Shown here: positions 1 to 13,349 of the stretch, in pieces
Layout: each line of letters begins with the position of its first letter
Position numbering within the stretch: position 1 is the first letter of the stretch
Assembly (NCBI GenBank): GCA_963693365.1
Contig: CAVNZM010000004.1
Coordinates: forward strand, 9,328,468-9,392,467
Reading direction: 5' to 3'
Source of the DNA: Amoebidium appalachense
Lineage: Eukaryota > Protista > Ichthyosporea
Length of the DNA stretch: 64,000 nt
Position numbers and translations under genes: made by a program
The notes under the pieces: model-generated
The model's input: only the letters and a program-made list of their open reading frames with translations
The model's database searches: none
What the model was told of the DNA's origin: nothing

Positions 1-65
1 CCCCCCCCCCCCCCCCCCTCCTCTCCCTCCTCCTCCCTCCCCCCTCACCCACACCACGTACATAC

Positions 66-2741
66 CAGGCATTCCCTGTCTCCCCCCCCCCCCCCCCCTC
101 CCCCTCCCCCCTTCCCACCGCCCCGCAGGGACGACCAGGATACAAACATAAAGACAACGACATTACAAAACCACCACAAGAATTGAAAAACCAAACAGAA
201 CCCACAGCAGGTGCGAAGGGAGATAACACATAAACAGAGCCCAACGTCCAGGGGGTAGGAAAGGGAGGGGAGGGAGGGATTCGTATGCATCAACAAAAGA
301 AATGAAGGGTTCGACGCCACAGCCGCTCCGGAAGGGGGGGGGGGGGGGTAAGAGTGCGTAACAGAGCACGAAACACACATTGCTGATGGACAACACAATG
401 CAGAGTGCAAAAGCACACCTAACGATTATGCATGATAAGCAGAGCCCATCCTCAAGGGGGACCCAAATCATCCACAGAAGCAGGGAAGGGTGTGTGTGTG
501 TGTGTGTGTGTGTGCGTTTGTGTGTGTGTGTGTGTGCGGGCGCGCACGTGTGTGTGCGTGTTTGTGTGCGTGCGTGTATGCGTGCGCGCGCGCGCATGCA
601 CGTGTGTGTGTGTGTGTGTGTGTATGTGTGTTTGTGTGAAGGGGGGGAATAACCACCTCACTGCATCGAATCACTCTCAAAATAATGAAGTAGAAGGCAG
701 CGACCGACAGGAGAAACACGTACAGGAGGAAGAGGAGGAAGTACTTGGTGTTGCGCGCACCTACACAGTTGTTGACTGGGGGGGGGGGGGGGGGAGGAGG
801 GAGGAGGAAGGGGGGGAGGGGGGGAAGGAGCGGAGCGGGTAAGTAAGTGTAAACAAACTTGGAAATATGATTCTATGTGATTCAATTAAATGGTCGGGAT
901 AGGCTCACAGAGACGAATAATACGCGAGAGATGACTGTTTCCTAAAATGGATGGATGGTATGTTGAATAGGGGTCTAATCTATGGATAATATGATGTAGA
1001 TATCTTCTCAAGGATGAGTAACATTGTAGGAGATAAACTTCAATAAATGGATAAAATGTTCGAGATAACCCCTTAACGACGAGGGAAATGTTCGAAATAA
1101 ACTTTACTGGATGGATAACATCTTGCGAATAGGTTATGTAAGTGTGTTCAAACCACCCGGCCCCCACATTCAACCGGACATATTCTTCCTTTCAAACTTT
1201 TATAGCCATATTCCGTAGGTTGACATATATACAGCCACGGAGCAACATATAAAAGAGGCTGGGAGTATAATAACGGTCTTACCAGGATTTCGTTACTTGG
1301 GCATGGCTACAATCGGATGAAAGGGAATGAGCAGGTGTTTATATAAGAAACATGCAAGTGAACATTTGCATCACAGAAACATCAAAAATATGACATGCAA
1401 CATCACACGTAACATGACACCAACGTGTGAACCTGTTTCCGAAAGCCTAAACGTAGCCTAGTGAACTCTTTCACACGCAGTGCCACCCACCTAATACCCA
1501 AACTTAAAAAAGTTGGTAGCCCGTACATTTTTCATTATTGAAGTGTTACGGGAATACGAAAGGAGGAGGTGAATAGGGCGTGCCAGTAGTAGGGAGGCTG
1601 GGTGGATGGGTGGGTGGGTGGGTGGGTGGGTGGGGGGGGGGGGGGGAGGGGGAGGAAGGGGGGAGGGCGGGAGGGGTGGGAGGAAGGAGAGGGGAGGGGG
1701 GGGGGGGAGGGGGGCAGCGGGGGGGGGGGGGGGGGGGGGGGGGGGGGATACGTACCCCAGGGACTGTGTAGGATCCAACCCACGGTTGACGGAAACCCGT
1801 GGAGGGGGGGGGGGGGGGGGGGGGGAGGGGGGTTGGGTCGGTGGGTGGGTGGATGAGTAAGGGAGGGAGGGAGGGTGTGAGTGGTTGAGTGGTTGTGTGT
1901 GTTTGGGTGTGGGTGTTATGAAAATGGCTGTGTGCATGTGGGTGCATGCATGTCTGTCTCTCTCTGTGCATGTGTGCCTGCATTCTGAAGTTTAGTTTCA
2001 TGAATAATGTGTACGCAGGGTTCGGGGTTTTGGGCAGGCCTCCCCAGGTGAGAAGAGAGGAGGAGGAGGAAGGGGGGGGAGGGGAGGGGAGGGGAGGGGA
2101 AGTGGGTGGGGGGTGGGGGTGGTGGGGGGGTCGGTCAAATATACCAGCATGCAGTAATTTTACGCATGTCCCTGCCCGTGGGTGTTGGCAGGTCTTTGAC
2201 TTGAGAGCGCATAAGAATTGTGCAGGAGGGCACAGCAAATCGGGGCTGAAGTAAGACAAACAATGGCCAGCCCGTATGTGTGTATGTGTGTTGGGGGGGG
2301 GGGAGGGGAGGGGGTACTGATTGTTTAACCAAATAGCTTTGCTTGTTATAAAAAGGTTGATCTTTGAAATAAGCCGTCCCATCCCCCCCTCCTCTCACCC
2401 CCCCTTCTGCCCCCACCACCACCAACAGACACAAACTCTTGTGATGGCTGCTCATTCCTCGTTCTCCACTCTCTTTTCGTTTGTCCCCTTCGCCCCCCCC
2501 TCTCCACCCCCTTCCTCCCCACACACACCCTTTTTTGTTGTCTTTTTAACGGTAGTATATCAAGGGCCAGGCGGAGAGGAGCGGGGCGGGTGGAGATCGT
2601 GGGGGGAGGGGGAGAGAGGGGGGAGGGGGGGGGGGGGGGAAGAGGGGGGAGGGGGGGGGAGGGGTTGTACCAGTGGTGATCCATTCTTCTGATGCATCGG
2701 TCACAGGTTTTGCAGTGGTGTGTCTGAAAGGGCTTGAATGC

Positions 2742-2798
<57 letters not shown>

Positions 2799-4577
2799 CG
2801 TGAATGCGGGTGTGCGTGTGTGCATGCGTGCATGAGTTAGTGTATGCGTGTGTGTGTGTGTGTGTGTGTGTGTTACAGTGTGTGTGTGTGTGTGTGTCTG
2901 TTTGTATGCGTGTGTGCATGCGTGCGTGTACGCGCGTGCACAGGCACATACAGTGGATGGGTCATATTCGAAAGTTGTCACAATCCTAGTTACATAACCC
3001 CCACCATGCCCACAAATTCCTCGATCAATCGTTGATTCCATTAACGGCTACACCGTCAATTCTCGAAAAAGCACCATGTAAGTCGACGCCCTAAACAAGC
3101 CCAGCCCCCCCCCCCCCCCCCCCCTCCCCCCCCCCCCCCCCCCGCCCCCCCCCCCCCCTCCCCTCCCCCCGCAAATAGGCAAAATGAACCCTTGCACAAG
3201 GTAATATTGGGAACATGGCTGCAGAAACAATCTGTGAAGTTATTACTAACTCCAAGATGACTTTGAAGCCCAGCAGTTCAATGCCGGCCGGCTCAAGCCC
3301 ACCAAACAAACTATTGGACTGTTTTCGAATGCAAGACAAAACTTGAGACCGCAAGGGCCTAGGGAAAAGTAGGTTGCAAGCACCTCAGATGACATTGAAA
3401 CACGCATCATCGATCGCTTGGTCAATAGAGATTGCGTTAGAGCATATATAAGCTCCTGAGGCGGGAAAAAAGCGGGTGCTTTGGGGGGGAGGGGGGGGGG
3501 GGGGGGGGGGATACTTGAGAACCAACACAAGACATATGCTTGCACCAACGGTGATTTTGCTTTCCTGTTATCTCTTGCGGCCTGCGGGTTTAACGGAGGT
3601 GGTGGCAATGCTTTCTTTTTCGTTATTTTCCCCTTTCCTTTTTCATTTTCTTTCTTTTCTTTTCACTTTTTTTTTTTTTTTTTTTTTTTTGGGGGGGGGG
3701 GGGGTACGTTGCACCGGGCACACAGCTGCTGTCTCTGGCCGTACTGGTCGAGGGGGGCATCTGCAGTCGTGGCACTGTGCAGGTGTGTGGTGCCTGCACA
3801 TCATTGGCGATTAAAGTTAAAATTTAACTTTAAAATGATATGCTAGGATCTGATGGCAAGGGCTTGAATCTTGTACGTGGCAGATCGTCCAATGATCATA
3901 TCGAGAATTCAATCCGTACTCTCCTGCAATACCCCCGTTCCCCCTCCCCCCCCTCACCCTTCCCACTCCCCCCCCCCCTCCCCCCCCCCTCCCCCCCTCC
4001 CCCCCCCCCCCCCCCCCCCCCCCCCAAAGAAAAAAAAACACTCACAACCACCCACCCACCTACCCACATACACACAGATAGACACACAAGCAACACACAC
4101 AAGTATATTCACACCCAGAAAGACAGGCACAGACACACACACACATACACGGCCACAAAAACGCACGCGCACACACACACACACAACCCCTCCCCCCACC
4201 ACACCCACACCCACACACAAACAACCCCCCTTCCCCCCCTCCCCTTCCCTCTCCCCCCCCCCCCCCCCTCCCCCCCCCCTCCACACACACACACACACAC
4301 ACACCCAGATACAACCCCCCCCCCCCCCCCCCCCAAACCCTCCTCCCCACCTCCCCCCACCTCCCAACAACCCCCCCCCTTCCCCCACCCCCCCACACAG
4401 ACACACATACCCGGGTTTGTCATCATGCACCTCAGGTGTGACCACACAGCCAGCACACTGATGCCCAGAAATGTCAAGGAGTTCACCAGGGCATGCATGG
4501 CGTCTTGCTCGTAGATGGGCACTATCAGCTTGCACACAACCACTATCTGCGCATACAGGATGAGCAGCTGCGTGAGG

Positions 4578-4676
<99 letters not shown>

Positions 4677-4707
4677 TTTGGGGGAGTGGGGGGGGTGGGG
4701 GGAGTGG

Positions 4708-4750
<43 letters not shown>

Positions 4751-5750
4751 TTTTTTTTTTTGTGTGTGTGTGTGTGTGCGCGCGCGCGTGTGCGTGTGCG
4801 CGTGTGTTTGGGGGGGGGTGGAGGGGTGTGTGGAAAAGTGTGTGTGTGCGCCCGCGTGCGCGCGTATTTTTTTTTTTTTTTTTTGGGGTGGGGGGGGGGG
4901 GGGGGGGGGAGGGGAGGGGAAGTCAGTGGTGCTGGTGGTGGTTGTGTGGGGGGGAAGGGGGAAGTGACGGCAGAAGGAGGGGCAGGGGGGAGGGGGGGGG
5001 CAAAGGCCCACGAGGAAGGAAGAAAGCAGGAGAAGGGGGGAAAGGGGGGTGGGGGGAATCGGAGAGGTAATGGAAGGGCTGAGGGAAATGCAGGTCTACG
5101 CTTGTGTGTGAGAATATGTGCGCGTGCGTGCCGGGAAGGAGGAAGAGGGAAGGGCTTGAATTGTGTGGGTTGTCTTTGTGTGCATGTGTCTCCTCTTGGT
5201 GGGTTTGTGAGAGACGCTTGCATGGGTGCACCTTTTCACATGATGGTGGCGATGGCACAGGGGGAAGAAATGAAACTTGGAGAGAGGGGCATGATTAGAA
5301 CACTCACAGGGTCAAGCAGGGCATAAAAATCGATGTGGCAAGATCTGGGTTCTCTGGACATACCCTCTCAAGAAAAAGAGTGCCGCCGGAACATCTACGT
5401 GTTTTGTGTAGCACGTGTGGAGTGAGTGTGCATGTACTCGAGTTCGTATGTAGCTTAGAAGGCTACTGTATCCGAAAGTATGTGTGAGGGATGTAAATTG
5501 TTATTTGGGTGCGTGCACACACACTTGTGTGCGTGTCTACTTGCGCACACTCCCAGAATTCACGTGCTTGTAGGGAATTACGTATGTGTCCGTGTGCGAT
5601 AGAGCGGAAGGAGGAGGATAGGGGGAGGGGGGCTGGGGCTCACATAGCGCACACGTATCCACACTTGTCTCGCACAAACCAGCCATCTCTGCGATATTGG
5701 CGCCAAGCAGACAGCAGCCTGGTAGGGCCTAGCGTGAAGCGAACTTGCAT
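66..5750 (-). CDS. DHHC-type protein S-palmitoyltransferase (ZDHHC3/7-like), 3' end beyond the window edge
   Basis: Frame-consistent GT-AG exons 5750-5644 (MQVRF...[13 protein letters not shown]), 4577-4411 ([10 protein letters not shown]...[11 protein letters not shown]), 3793-3708 (...QLCARCN), 2741-2671 ([23 protein letters not shown]), 1763-1756 (8 nt, C-P-W), 775-657 ([19 protein letters not shown]...) and probably 75-66. The spliced product has the complete C-x2-C...HHC-x2-C-x2-C-x4-DHHCPWVNNCVG-x2-N-x-KYF signature. The N-terminal WF-x-RD-x-CG motif resembles the ZDHHC3/7 group. Confidence 0.93.
349..480 (-). repeat. Dispersed intronic repeat family, copy in a ZDHHC intron
   Basis: Contains the core (plus strand) taagcagagcccatcctca...tcatccacag shared with copies at about 24243-24850, 28928-29135, 30640-30789, 45890-45980, 55215-55380 and 58311-58520. 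Strand is given as host-sense. Confidence 0.85.
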
Positions 5751-6409
5751 GTTCCTCTCTACCTGCTCTGTGCTCTCAAATGCACAAAGCAGTTAGCAAA
5801 ATACACGAAAGACCACCGTAAAAGGCTAATAAATCACAGTCTTCCTCTATCTTTGTATTTCTTCCACTTGTTTGATGGATGGTGATTACTGGATCTGCTT
5901 GAAAACGGGAACGATTGGGTGCATATGCAAACGTTGCACTGCAGAGCTGTATATGCTCAGGCTAGCGCCGCTCCACGGTGTGTCATGTTAGTTACAACTG
6001 CAGTTGCACTCACTACTTAGATCACAACTTCTACAATGTTTTCTATTCAGCACTTGGAAACGAAAGCTCTGCGCCGGTGCGCAGATTTTTTGAACCAGTC
6101 AAAACCTCGGGAGACACAAACCTCGGGTGTTCGTGATTTTTGTTGCTCCGCGCCGTGCGTCACCGTGACTGTCCGGTTCTTTTTCTTGATCTTGTTTGCA
6201 AGCCCACCGCTACCGCCCAATTTAAGGTGGGTAACAGCCACTAAACTCCAAAATGCATAGGTATATATATGAAGTTCACGCCTGACATTACACCCCTTCC
6301 CCTCCCCCCCCTTCCCCCCCCCCCCCCCCCCCCCCGGCCCCCTCGGGGCCTCCCCATTGATTATTAGGCCTCGCCCAGAACCCTCAGACCCGTCCCCCCC
6401 TCCAACCCC

Positions 6410-6444
<35 letters not shown>

Positions 6445-7399
6445 GCACTCCCTCCCACCCTTCTCCACCCTCGCCCCTCCCTCGTAGCAGCCTATAATCA
6501 ACCGCCTCGTTATGACTCTACAAGACACGCTATGACCACTGATTCATCCACTCAATTGTTAACGATTTATGGCCGTAAATATGCAGCGAGTGACGCGAAT
6601 GTGCTACGCCACACGTGCAGAGTGAATGTTCCACACAAATAAAATTTGAGCGGGAAGTTTTGGCGTGCCAAAACAAAAGTTTTTTACTCAATAAATAAAC
6701 TAGGAATGATGAATGTACGACTTCATGATCAATATGCAAGGCTTTGATTGCTCTTGAATAACATGTGGGCTGCTATCATGTCGGCTTGTGCCCTTTCACT
6801 CATGAAACAAGAATCCCCTCAGTACACCAGGAGGGGCAGAAAGTCTTCAACATACGTGAATTTTTAGAGCATCTCTGGGATGGTCATCCAAAAATGGCTC
6901 TTCAACAAAAGCGATCTTTTGCGATCTATGTATATGTATATATGATAAATGTATATAATGACGCCAAAGACATACCTATCTAACAGCGTCTCGTCACCTT
7001 CCAGAGCAATCATGAAATATATACGTACCACTAATCTATACAGATGCGCAAGTATTTGAGCATAATTGCAGCTTGCGCGTTACGGTGTCCGTAGGGGCAG
7101 CTGCATCTGTATACATATTCAACTCCAAAAATAAGTATGGCAACAGGAAACACTTGTATGCAAACAACTGTCATCAATGCTTCATATGCCCCATAAGCAC
7201 CAACATTGGATATAGACAATGCCAAAAAAAATACTAAAAAGTACACAGAAATAAATCGCAGCAAAGATACTTCCTGCATGCAAGGACAAACACTCGTTGT
7301 TACACCAGACACACGAGTCTGTGAAAAGGGGGCAAAAAACGAGGAAAAAAGAGAGAATTCGGTACGAGTAAAAATAAGAAGGGGAGGGGAGGAAGAGGG

Positions 7400-7434
<35 letters not shown>

Positions 7435-7466
7435 ACCCAACACAACATTGGCAATTCATAAACGAG

Positions 7467-9405
7467 TTACCGTGCAGGCCTATCCTCCATCTCGGGCTTC
7501 ACCATACCCATCATCCTTGCCATCTGCGCCAGCTGAGCCGGGTCTTGGTTCTGCAACGCCGCCGCCATCTGCTCTCTCATCACGTGCAAATGTGCAATCA
7601 GTGCTTCGGGCGGCACAGCACCGGGCATTCCGATTGGCCAGCCAGCCACCTGCGGCGGGAATCCCAGCATTCCAGGGAGCGGCACGGGTAAAGGCAGAGG
7701 CATGCCAGGGGCAAGTCCGGCCGCGGCGCCGACCTGTGCGTGCAGTAGTTGCATCTGCATTGCAATCATGGCCTGGTGGTAGTGCATCATGGCCGCCTGG
7801 TCGATGTGGTGGGCACGTAGAGCCGCTGCAAGGTCACGTGACGCTGCCTCGGACGGGTGCGGTGCTTGCGGTTGCTGCGCGGGACCCTGATTCCCCGGAG
7901 GCGAAAACGACGTCGGTGTCAAAGACATGGCCGACGAAGAGTTCTGAAGGGCCACGTGGGTCTGTGTCGATGAGTTGTCTTCCCTCTTGGGTTCTGCTTG
8001 CTGGTGGTCGGGGTGTTGTGCCTGTAGAGCTCTGAGCTGTGCCTCCAAGTTTTGTAGGTGGGCTGCTTGCTGGGCTGGGTCGAGAAGGGCCAGAGACAGA
8101 CCACCCATTAGTGGTGGCATACCCGGAAGATTACCTTGCATCATCCCCCCAGGCGCTGCGGCGGCCATTTGTGAAAGTAGAAGTGCCATGGACGACGGGT
8201 GGGCCATGGGCGAAAGAAGAGAAAGGGGCGGCATCTGACCTGCACCGGGAAACGGAACACCAGGAAGCGGGAAGGACATGGGGAAAGGAAGCGTGGGGTG
8301 GGGCATGTGTTGCGCTCCGTCAGTACTATTCTGGGGCTGCGGATTCTGAACAGAAGCCGGAGTGGAGTGCCGACGGGGAAAATTCATCCCGCCGTTTGCC
8401 TGCTCGGGAACTTGAAGGTTGAACACATGCGACGACTGTAGGTCCAAAAATGGGGTTTGGCTCATTGCGGCCATGATCGGAGATTGAACTTTGGGCGTCT
8501 GCGCTGGAGTGTGGTGAACAGATCCGTCGAGCGACATGGTAGTCGACATATCTCCCCCCGCCAGGCTCCCGTCGGGCAATGTCGCGCTGCTGTCTCGTCG
8601 GTCGAAGTTGATCTCGCCGCCGAAATTTGGAAGTGTAAACTTGTGGTCGTATATGTTCATGCCCTCTAACGGACCCGACGCGCTACGCCCACCAAGAAAC
8701 ATGTTCGTAGACCCGCCGCCAAACATAAACTGCGGAAGCTTGGTGTTTTCTTCTTGAACCACTCCCCCTGCCGCCGCCGATACCTTATTAGGGTCACTTG
8801 CTTGCTGTAGCGACTCCGCGGACTCTGCCTGCTGTGTTTCGTTCAAGCCGTCAAACAGACGGCTCCCGTCAAAACTATCATTCAGAACCTCGTCGCCTGC
8901 ACCATCCCAACTGAACCCATAATTGAAAACACTGTTTGCATCAGGAGACGACATGGTGTCAAAATTAGGCGAGTCCTCGTTCGCCCCTGACCCATTCGCC
9001 AATGACAAAAGCGGATACGGCGCCGAGCCTGCACCGGCGAAATTCGGGTAGCCGTTGGTGGGCCGACCGTTAACGTTTTGCGCACAGTACTGGCTCGTGT
9101 TGCTAAACGCGCCGGGCTTGAAGTATGTTTGGGTGGCAGATGCTCCGTTGTGTGGTGACGACACCTGTGATGGCGGCTGAGACGGCGTCGGTGCTACCGT
9201 GCATTGGGTGACCGGACGGGCTACGGCTGAGGGTTTGCGCAGCGCTGGGCACAGGCGGCGCTTATGTACACCCCAGTGCTTGTCTAATTCCTGCGTATGT
9301 TGGAGTCTTAGGATATAGCTAGGGCAGCAACGTTGCATGCATACACGTAAATTTAGTTATAGTAGTTCTAAACCTGTATAGGGCTGCACGGTCGTGGTCC
9401 TGGGC

Positions 9406-9458
<53 letters not shown>

Positions 9459-9603
9459 GCATGCACCATATACACGCACGCGCACACAAAACACACGAGC
9501 ATGCACCGTGACACACACAACCTGTACACATGTAGGAATAACATTAAGTTGACGTGGTCTAAAAAAGGCAGAGAGAGAAAAGGGAAGGGGAAAAAAGGAA
9601 ACG

Positions 9604-9635
<32 letters not shown>

Positions 9636-10057
9636 CGGTAGTATGCCAAGCTGTAGGGCGGGCAAGAAAATCGTAAAGTAAGATGCTAAAAGTACACCAT
9701 ACCACGTTATGAAAAACTTTTCCGTTCATTTTCTTTATTTTGTTCCCTTTTTTTTTTTTTTTTTGACAAAACGTTTTGGTCCTCCCCCCCCCCCCCTCCC
9801 CCTCCTCACCTGTGCACACGTGGTCTGCCTGCAGTAATATGTACAGGGGTACATCCTGCTAATATTAGCACACAACACACAAATGGTGGTGGGTGTTCAG
9901 CTTTACACTACAGTATGGATATACACACTCACTGCCACGGTGTTCATGTGTGTCTAGTGTGTATACGTGTGTGTGCCAACATGAGCGTTGCAGGCGTTGT
10001 TGGTGTTGAAGCCGTATGCATTTGTGTATATATGCAAATGTGTGCAGGTGTGTTTTC

Positions 10058-10088
<31 letters not shown>

Positions 10089-10806
10089 CGTGTGCGCAGG
10101 CGCGCACACGAACATGTGTACGTGTGCGTGTGCGCGCGCATGCGAACGTGCCATTGGTTGGGTGGTGCTCATCTGCATCACCAGACCTATTAACAAATTG
10201 TACATCTTCAACGGGAAAGAAAAGCACGTTACACACCTGCTGCATAGCGTGGAAATCATTCGTGTCGGCCTCAAACTGAGCGACAGAGACTACAGCCCCC
10301 GTGGCATCCTCAAAAACGAAATCGTACTCGGGAAACTCTGCAAAATATTCGGCCTTTTTCTGGAAAACGTGCGTAAAAAGCGCGATAACATCGGCGCGTT
10401 TTGGTTTCCACAGCTCGCTCAGTTCATGGTTCGCGTCTTTAATTGTGATGGTCATTCGTCCCCAGGCAAACAGTGAACACAGCGTCAGCACGTCCCTATT
10501 TGCAATAAGTCTTTTCAACACTGCTCCGAGACGTGCGCGAAAATTGCTGACTTGATCGACAGAGTCATGTAGCTGTCTTCTGCCCCCTGGCTGTGAGGGC
10601 CTCCTTGTGAGTGGTACTGTTCCTTCGTTGTTTAGTGGTCCGTGCGGGCGTGTAACAGCACGATAAGGAGTTTTGTCTTCGCTGTTTGTGCCTACTGACT
10701 CCCTCTTCCCATTTACTGCCTTCATAAGGGATTTCGGTGGTCTTGGGAACTGAACTTGGAGCCCTGGCCCTGTGGAAAGCTCGGGCGGTCTCATTGTGTT
10801 TAGCAT
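7467..10806 (-). CDS. Hypothetical protein with a MYND-like Cys/His motif and a long Q/P/M/A-rich low-complexity C-terminus
   Basis: Long non-repetitive ORFs 10806-10148 and 9290-7467 are joined in frame by a 46-nt exon 9855-9810 (phases 2/0, GT-AG). The junction reads ...YPCTYYCRQTTCAQ|ELDKHWGVHKRRLCP..., like the C-terminal half of a MYND finger. The start codon and any upstream exons are uncertain. Confidence 0.75.
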
Positions 10807-13129
10807 GTTGATTGCAAGTAGTGAGTACTAGGGGGAAAAGGACATAAATGCATAAATAAATGCAAGGCCAACTTGGGTAATGTTTTGTGCGAAGTATCTG
10901 GGGGCGGGGGGTGTTCCAAAAGCTGTGCTATGTCATGTTGCTACTGGGAAGTACATCACACGAGCACTCAAGACAAAAGGTGCCAGGTTAGAAACTAGTG
11001 GCAAAATAGTGCTAGATACGGCTTGCCTGAGTTGAGCAAGGAAGTAATTCTTATCGTGGGTCACTTCTGGCTTTAGCCAAAGAATTTAACTAGCATGTAC
11101 GTAGATGCCCAGTCTTAAAATCATAAGAAAACTATAGCATAGAAACTCAAATGTCAAGCAGAGTGGTTGGAGTAGCTCTTAAAAAAATAAAACATGCACA
11201 AATTATGGTGGGAGTTGAAAAAGAAAAAGCTTTATCATAGACAAAACGCGTGCCAAGCGAGTAATTACGACCGCAGGCGCCCAAGTGTCGCGGGCGAAGC
11301 GACTGACACGGAATCCGCTCAGGAATGCAGCACCTCCACGTATCTAAATTTAATTACCTTTTTTCATTGGTTACTTTGTCGGTGTGTGGGGGCTCTCAAC
11401 CAATCAGGAACAAAAGCAGAAGATGCGCACCAATCATTCGGCGACACGGGTCACAAGAGGCTTCACCAGTGCTTTTGAAAGCCAGTGCCCTTTGACGGTC
11501 TTGATAGCTAGCTAGAGTTGAGCTGCTAGACCACAGTTTCGGTGCCTTTTGCAAAGAGCAATAGATCCAATATACATCTACATTAGCGAAACTAATAATT
11601 CAAGTTTGAGAGAGAGATATGGAGATTTAAGCTGTTTTTCAATGGTTTTACTAAAGCACGAATTTTTTTTAAAGTCGGCGACGACGGCGCCACGCAACCG
11701 CAGAAGTTGCCCGAGATATTCAGGTAGCCAATCGGGTTGGCGCACGTCAGAGTTTTAAATTTTGGTCACCTAGATCTCAAGATCTTGGGGTTTGCTGCCT
11801 TCATAGCTGAGAGCTACACCTAGCACGAAGCTCATCATAAGCGGAAGCCAATTTCTTTTCAGAGATTAGGTTGAATGTATATTAATCCGCAGGTAGATAA
11901 TCACTTTTATCCTTTATCTATATCTGCCAAACTGAGTATTTATTTTACCTAATGGCCTACTATAGATCCTGACGCAACGAATCGCCGATGTCAAGAATTT
12001 GTAATCTGATGACACCAGCACATTTCCGAATGTCAAAGTGGTTACAAATTGTTTGAGCCTTGACATTAAATCTATTATAAAGCAACTTTTTTTTTCATGT
12101 GAGATTTTCAGATCTAATAAGCAAAATGTAATTTGACACAATTGAAGATTATTTTATAAGCCGTCATAGGTATTCAGTATACCATTTTCTTTCTAATATT
12201 ATGATTCACGAACAACTTAGGTATTTTCAATAATATCTCATGCATCCCCCTCTTATAGACTATTTTTAGTCATACGGGGCCACCTCAACCAACCAATCAC
12301 GCTGTGTCTAACTGACAAAGACACGGCACTGGTACACCACATTTGGCCACATGCTACGCACTGATTGGTCGCGCGTTACCGCGTGGTCGCGCGTGGGAGG
12401 GAAGATGCCCGGGTCAAAACAAACATTGCACCAGCCGCGGCGTGTGGGCCGTGAGCGACATGTGAGTCCTGAGGGCCTGACTCCTGCGGCCCTGTCAGTC
12501 ACGGAACTTCAGCCACATGGGCGCAGGGGCAGCGGACTTACCGTGGCCCTGTACATGTAAATTATACCTGCTTTTGTTTGAATACATACAAGTGCTGTTG
12601 CCGTGGCATTTCCTGTACATGTACTGAGTCAAGGGATGTCACATTGCGAGGCCCTTGAATGTCACCGAGCCCATGGCACCTGCGCATGCTGAAGGGACAC
12701 CATGGCCAAGTGTGGGTTTTGGTTGGAAAGTCACATTGGGGGTGTGTTTGTATGTTGGGGACGGGGGTACTGGAGGAGGATCTAAGGAAGGGGAAGGGGG
12801 GGGAAGGGGAGGGGCGGGGGGGGGGGGGGGGGGGGGGGGGGGGGAGCTGGGGCGCTGCTGCTATCTATGGACCGTTGCGTTTGTCAATCAATTCATGTTT
12901 CGCATCATGTACAGACTCGCACGCGCGCGCACATGCACACACGCACACGCACGCACGCACGCACGCACGCATACACACACGAAAACACACACACGCACAC
13001 ACGCGCACGCGCACGCACACGCACACGCATGTCACAGACACACACACACATGCACACGCACACAGTGACACGCGCGCACACACGCCACACGCACACACAC
13101 GCACACACGCATCACGGAGAGGGAGGGGG

Positions 13130-13311
13130 GGAGAAATAAAGAGAGAAGGGGGGGAGAAAGAGAGAGAGCGCGCGAAGAGTGAGGGGGGGAGGGGGGGGGA
13201 GGGGACAGAGAGAGATCTAGCCAGAGCAGAGAGTGTGTGTATGTGTCAGTGTGTGAGGGGGGTGGAGGAGAAGGAGATAGATAGTGGGGGGGGGGGGGGG
13301 GGGGGGGGGGG

Positions 13312-13349
<38 letters not shown>

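Noticed and set aside
886-1173. 95-aa ORF within a ZDHHC intron
   Set aside because: Non-ATG start, no recognisable motif, and not needed for the DHHC reading frame.
6765-6983. 72-aa ORF with an F..REFLEHLWDGHP C2H2-like half motif
   Set aside because: Lacks the properly spaced cysteine pair and splice support. At most a TE remnant.
12280-12720. GC-rich island with a short direct repeat (ccgtggc..ctgtacatgta) as an ncRNA or exon cluster
   Set aside because: No consistent reading frame, recognisable RNA family motif or convincing fold by eye.
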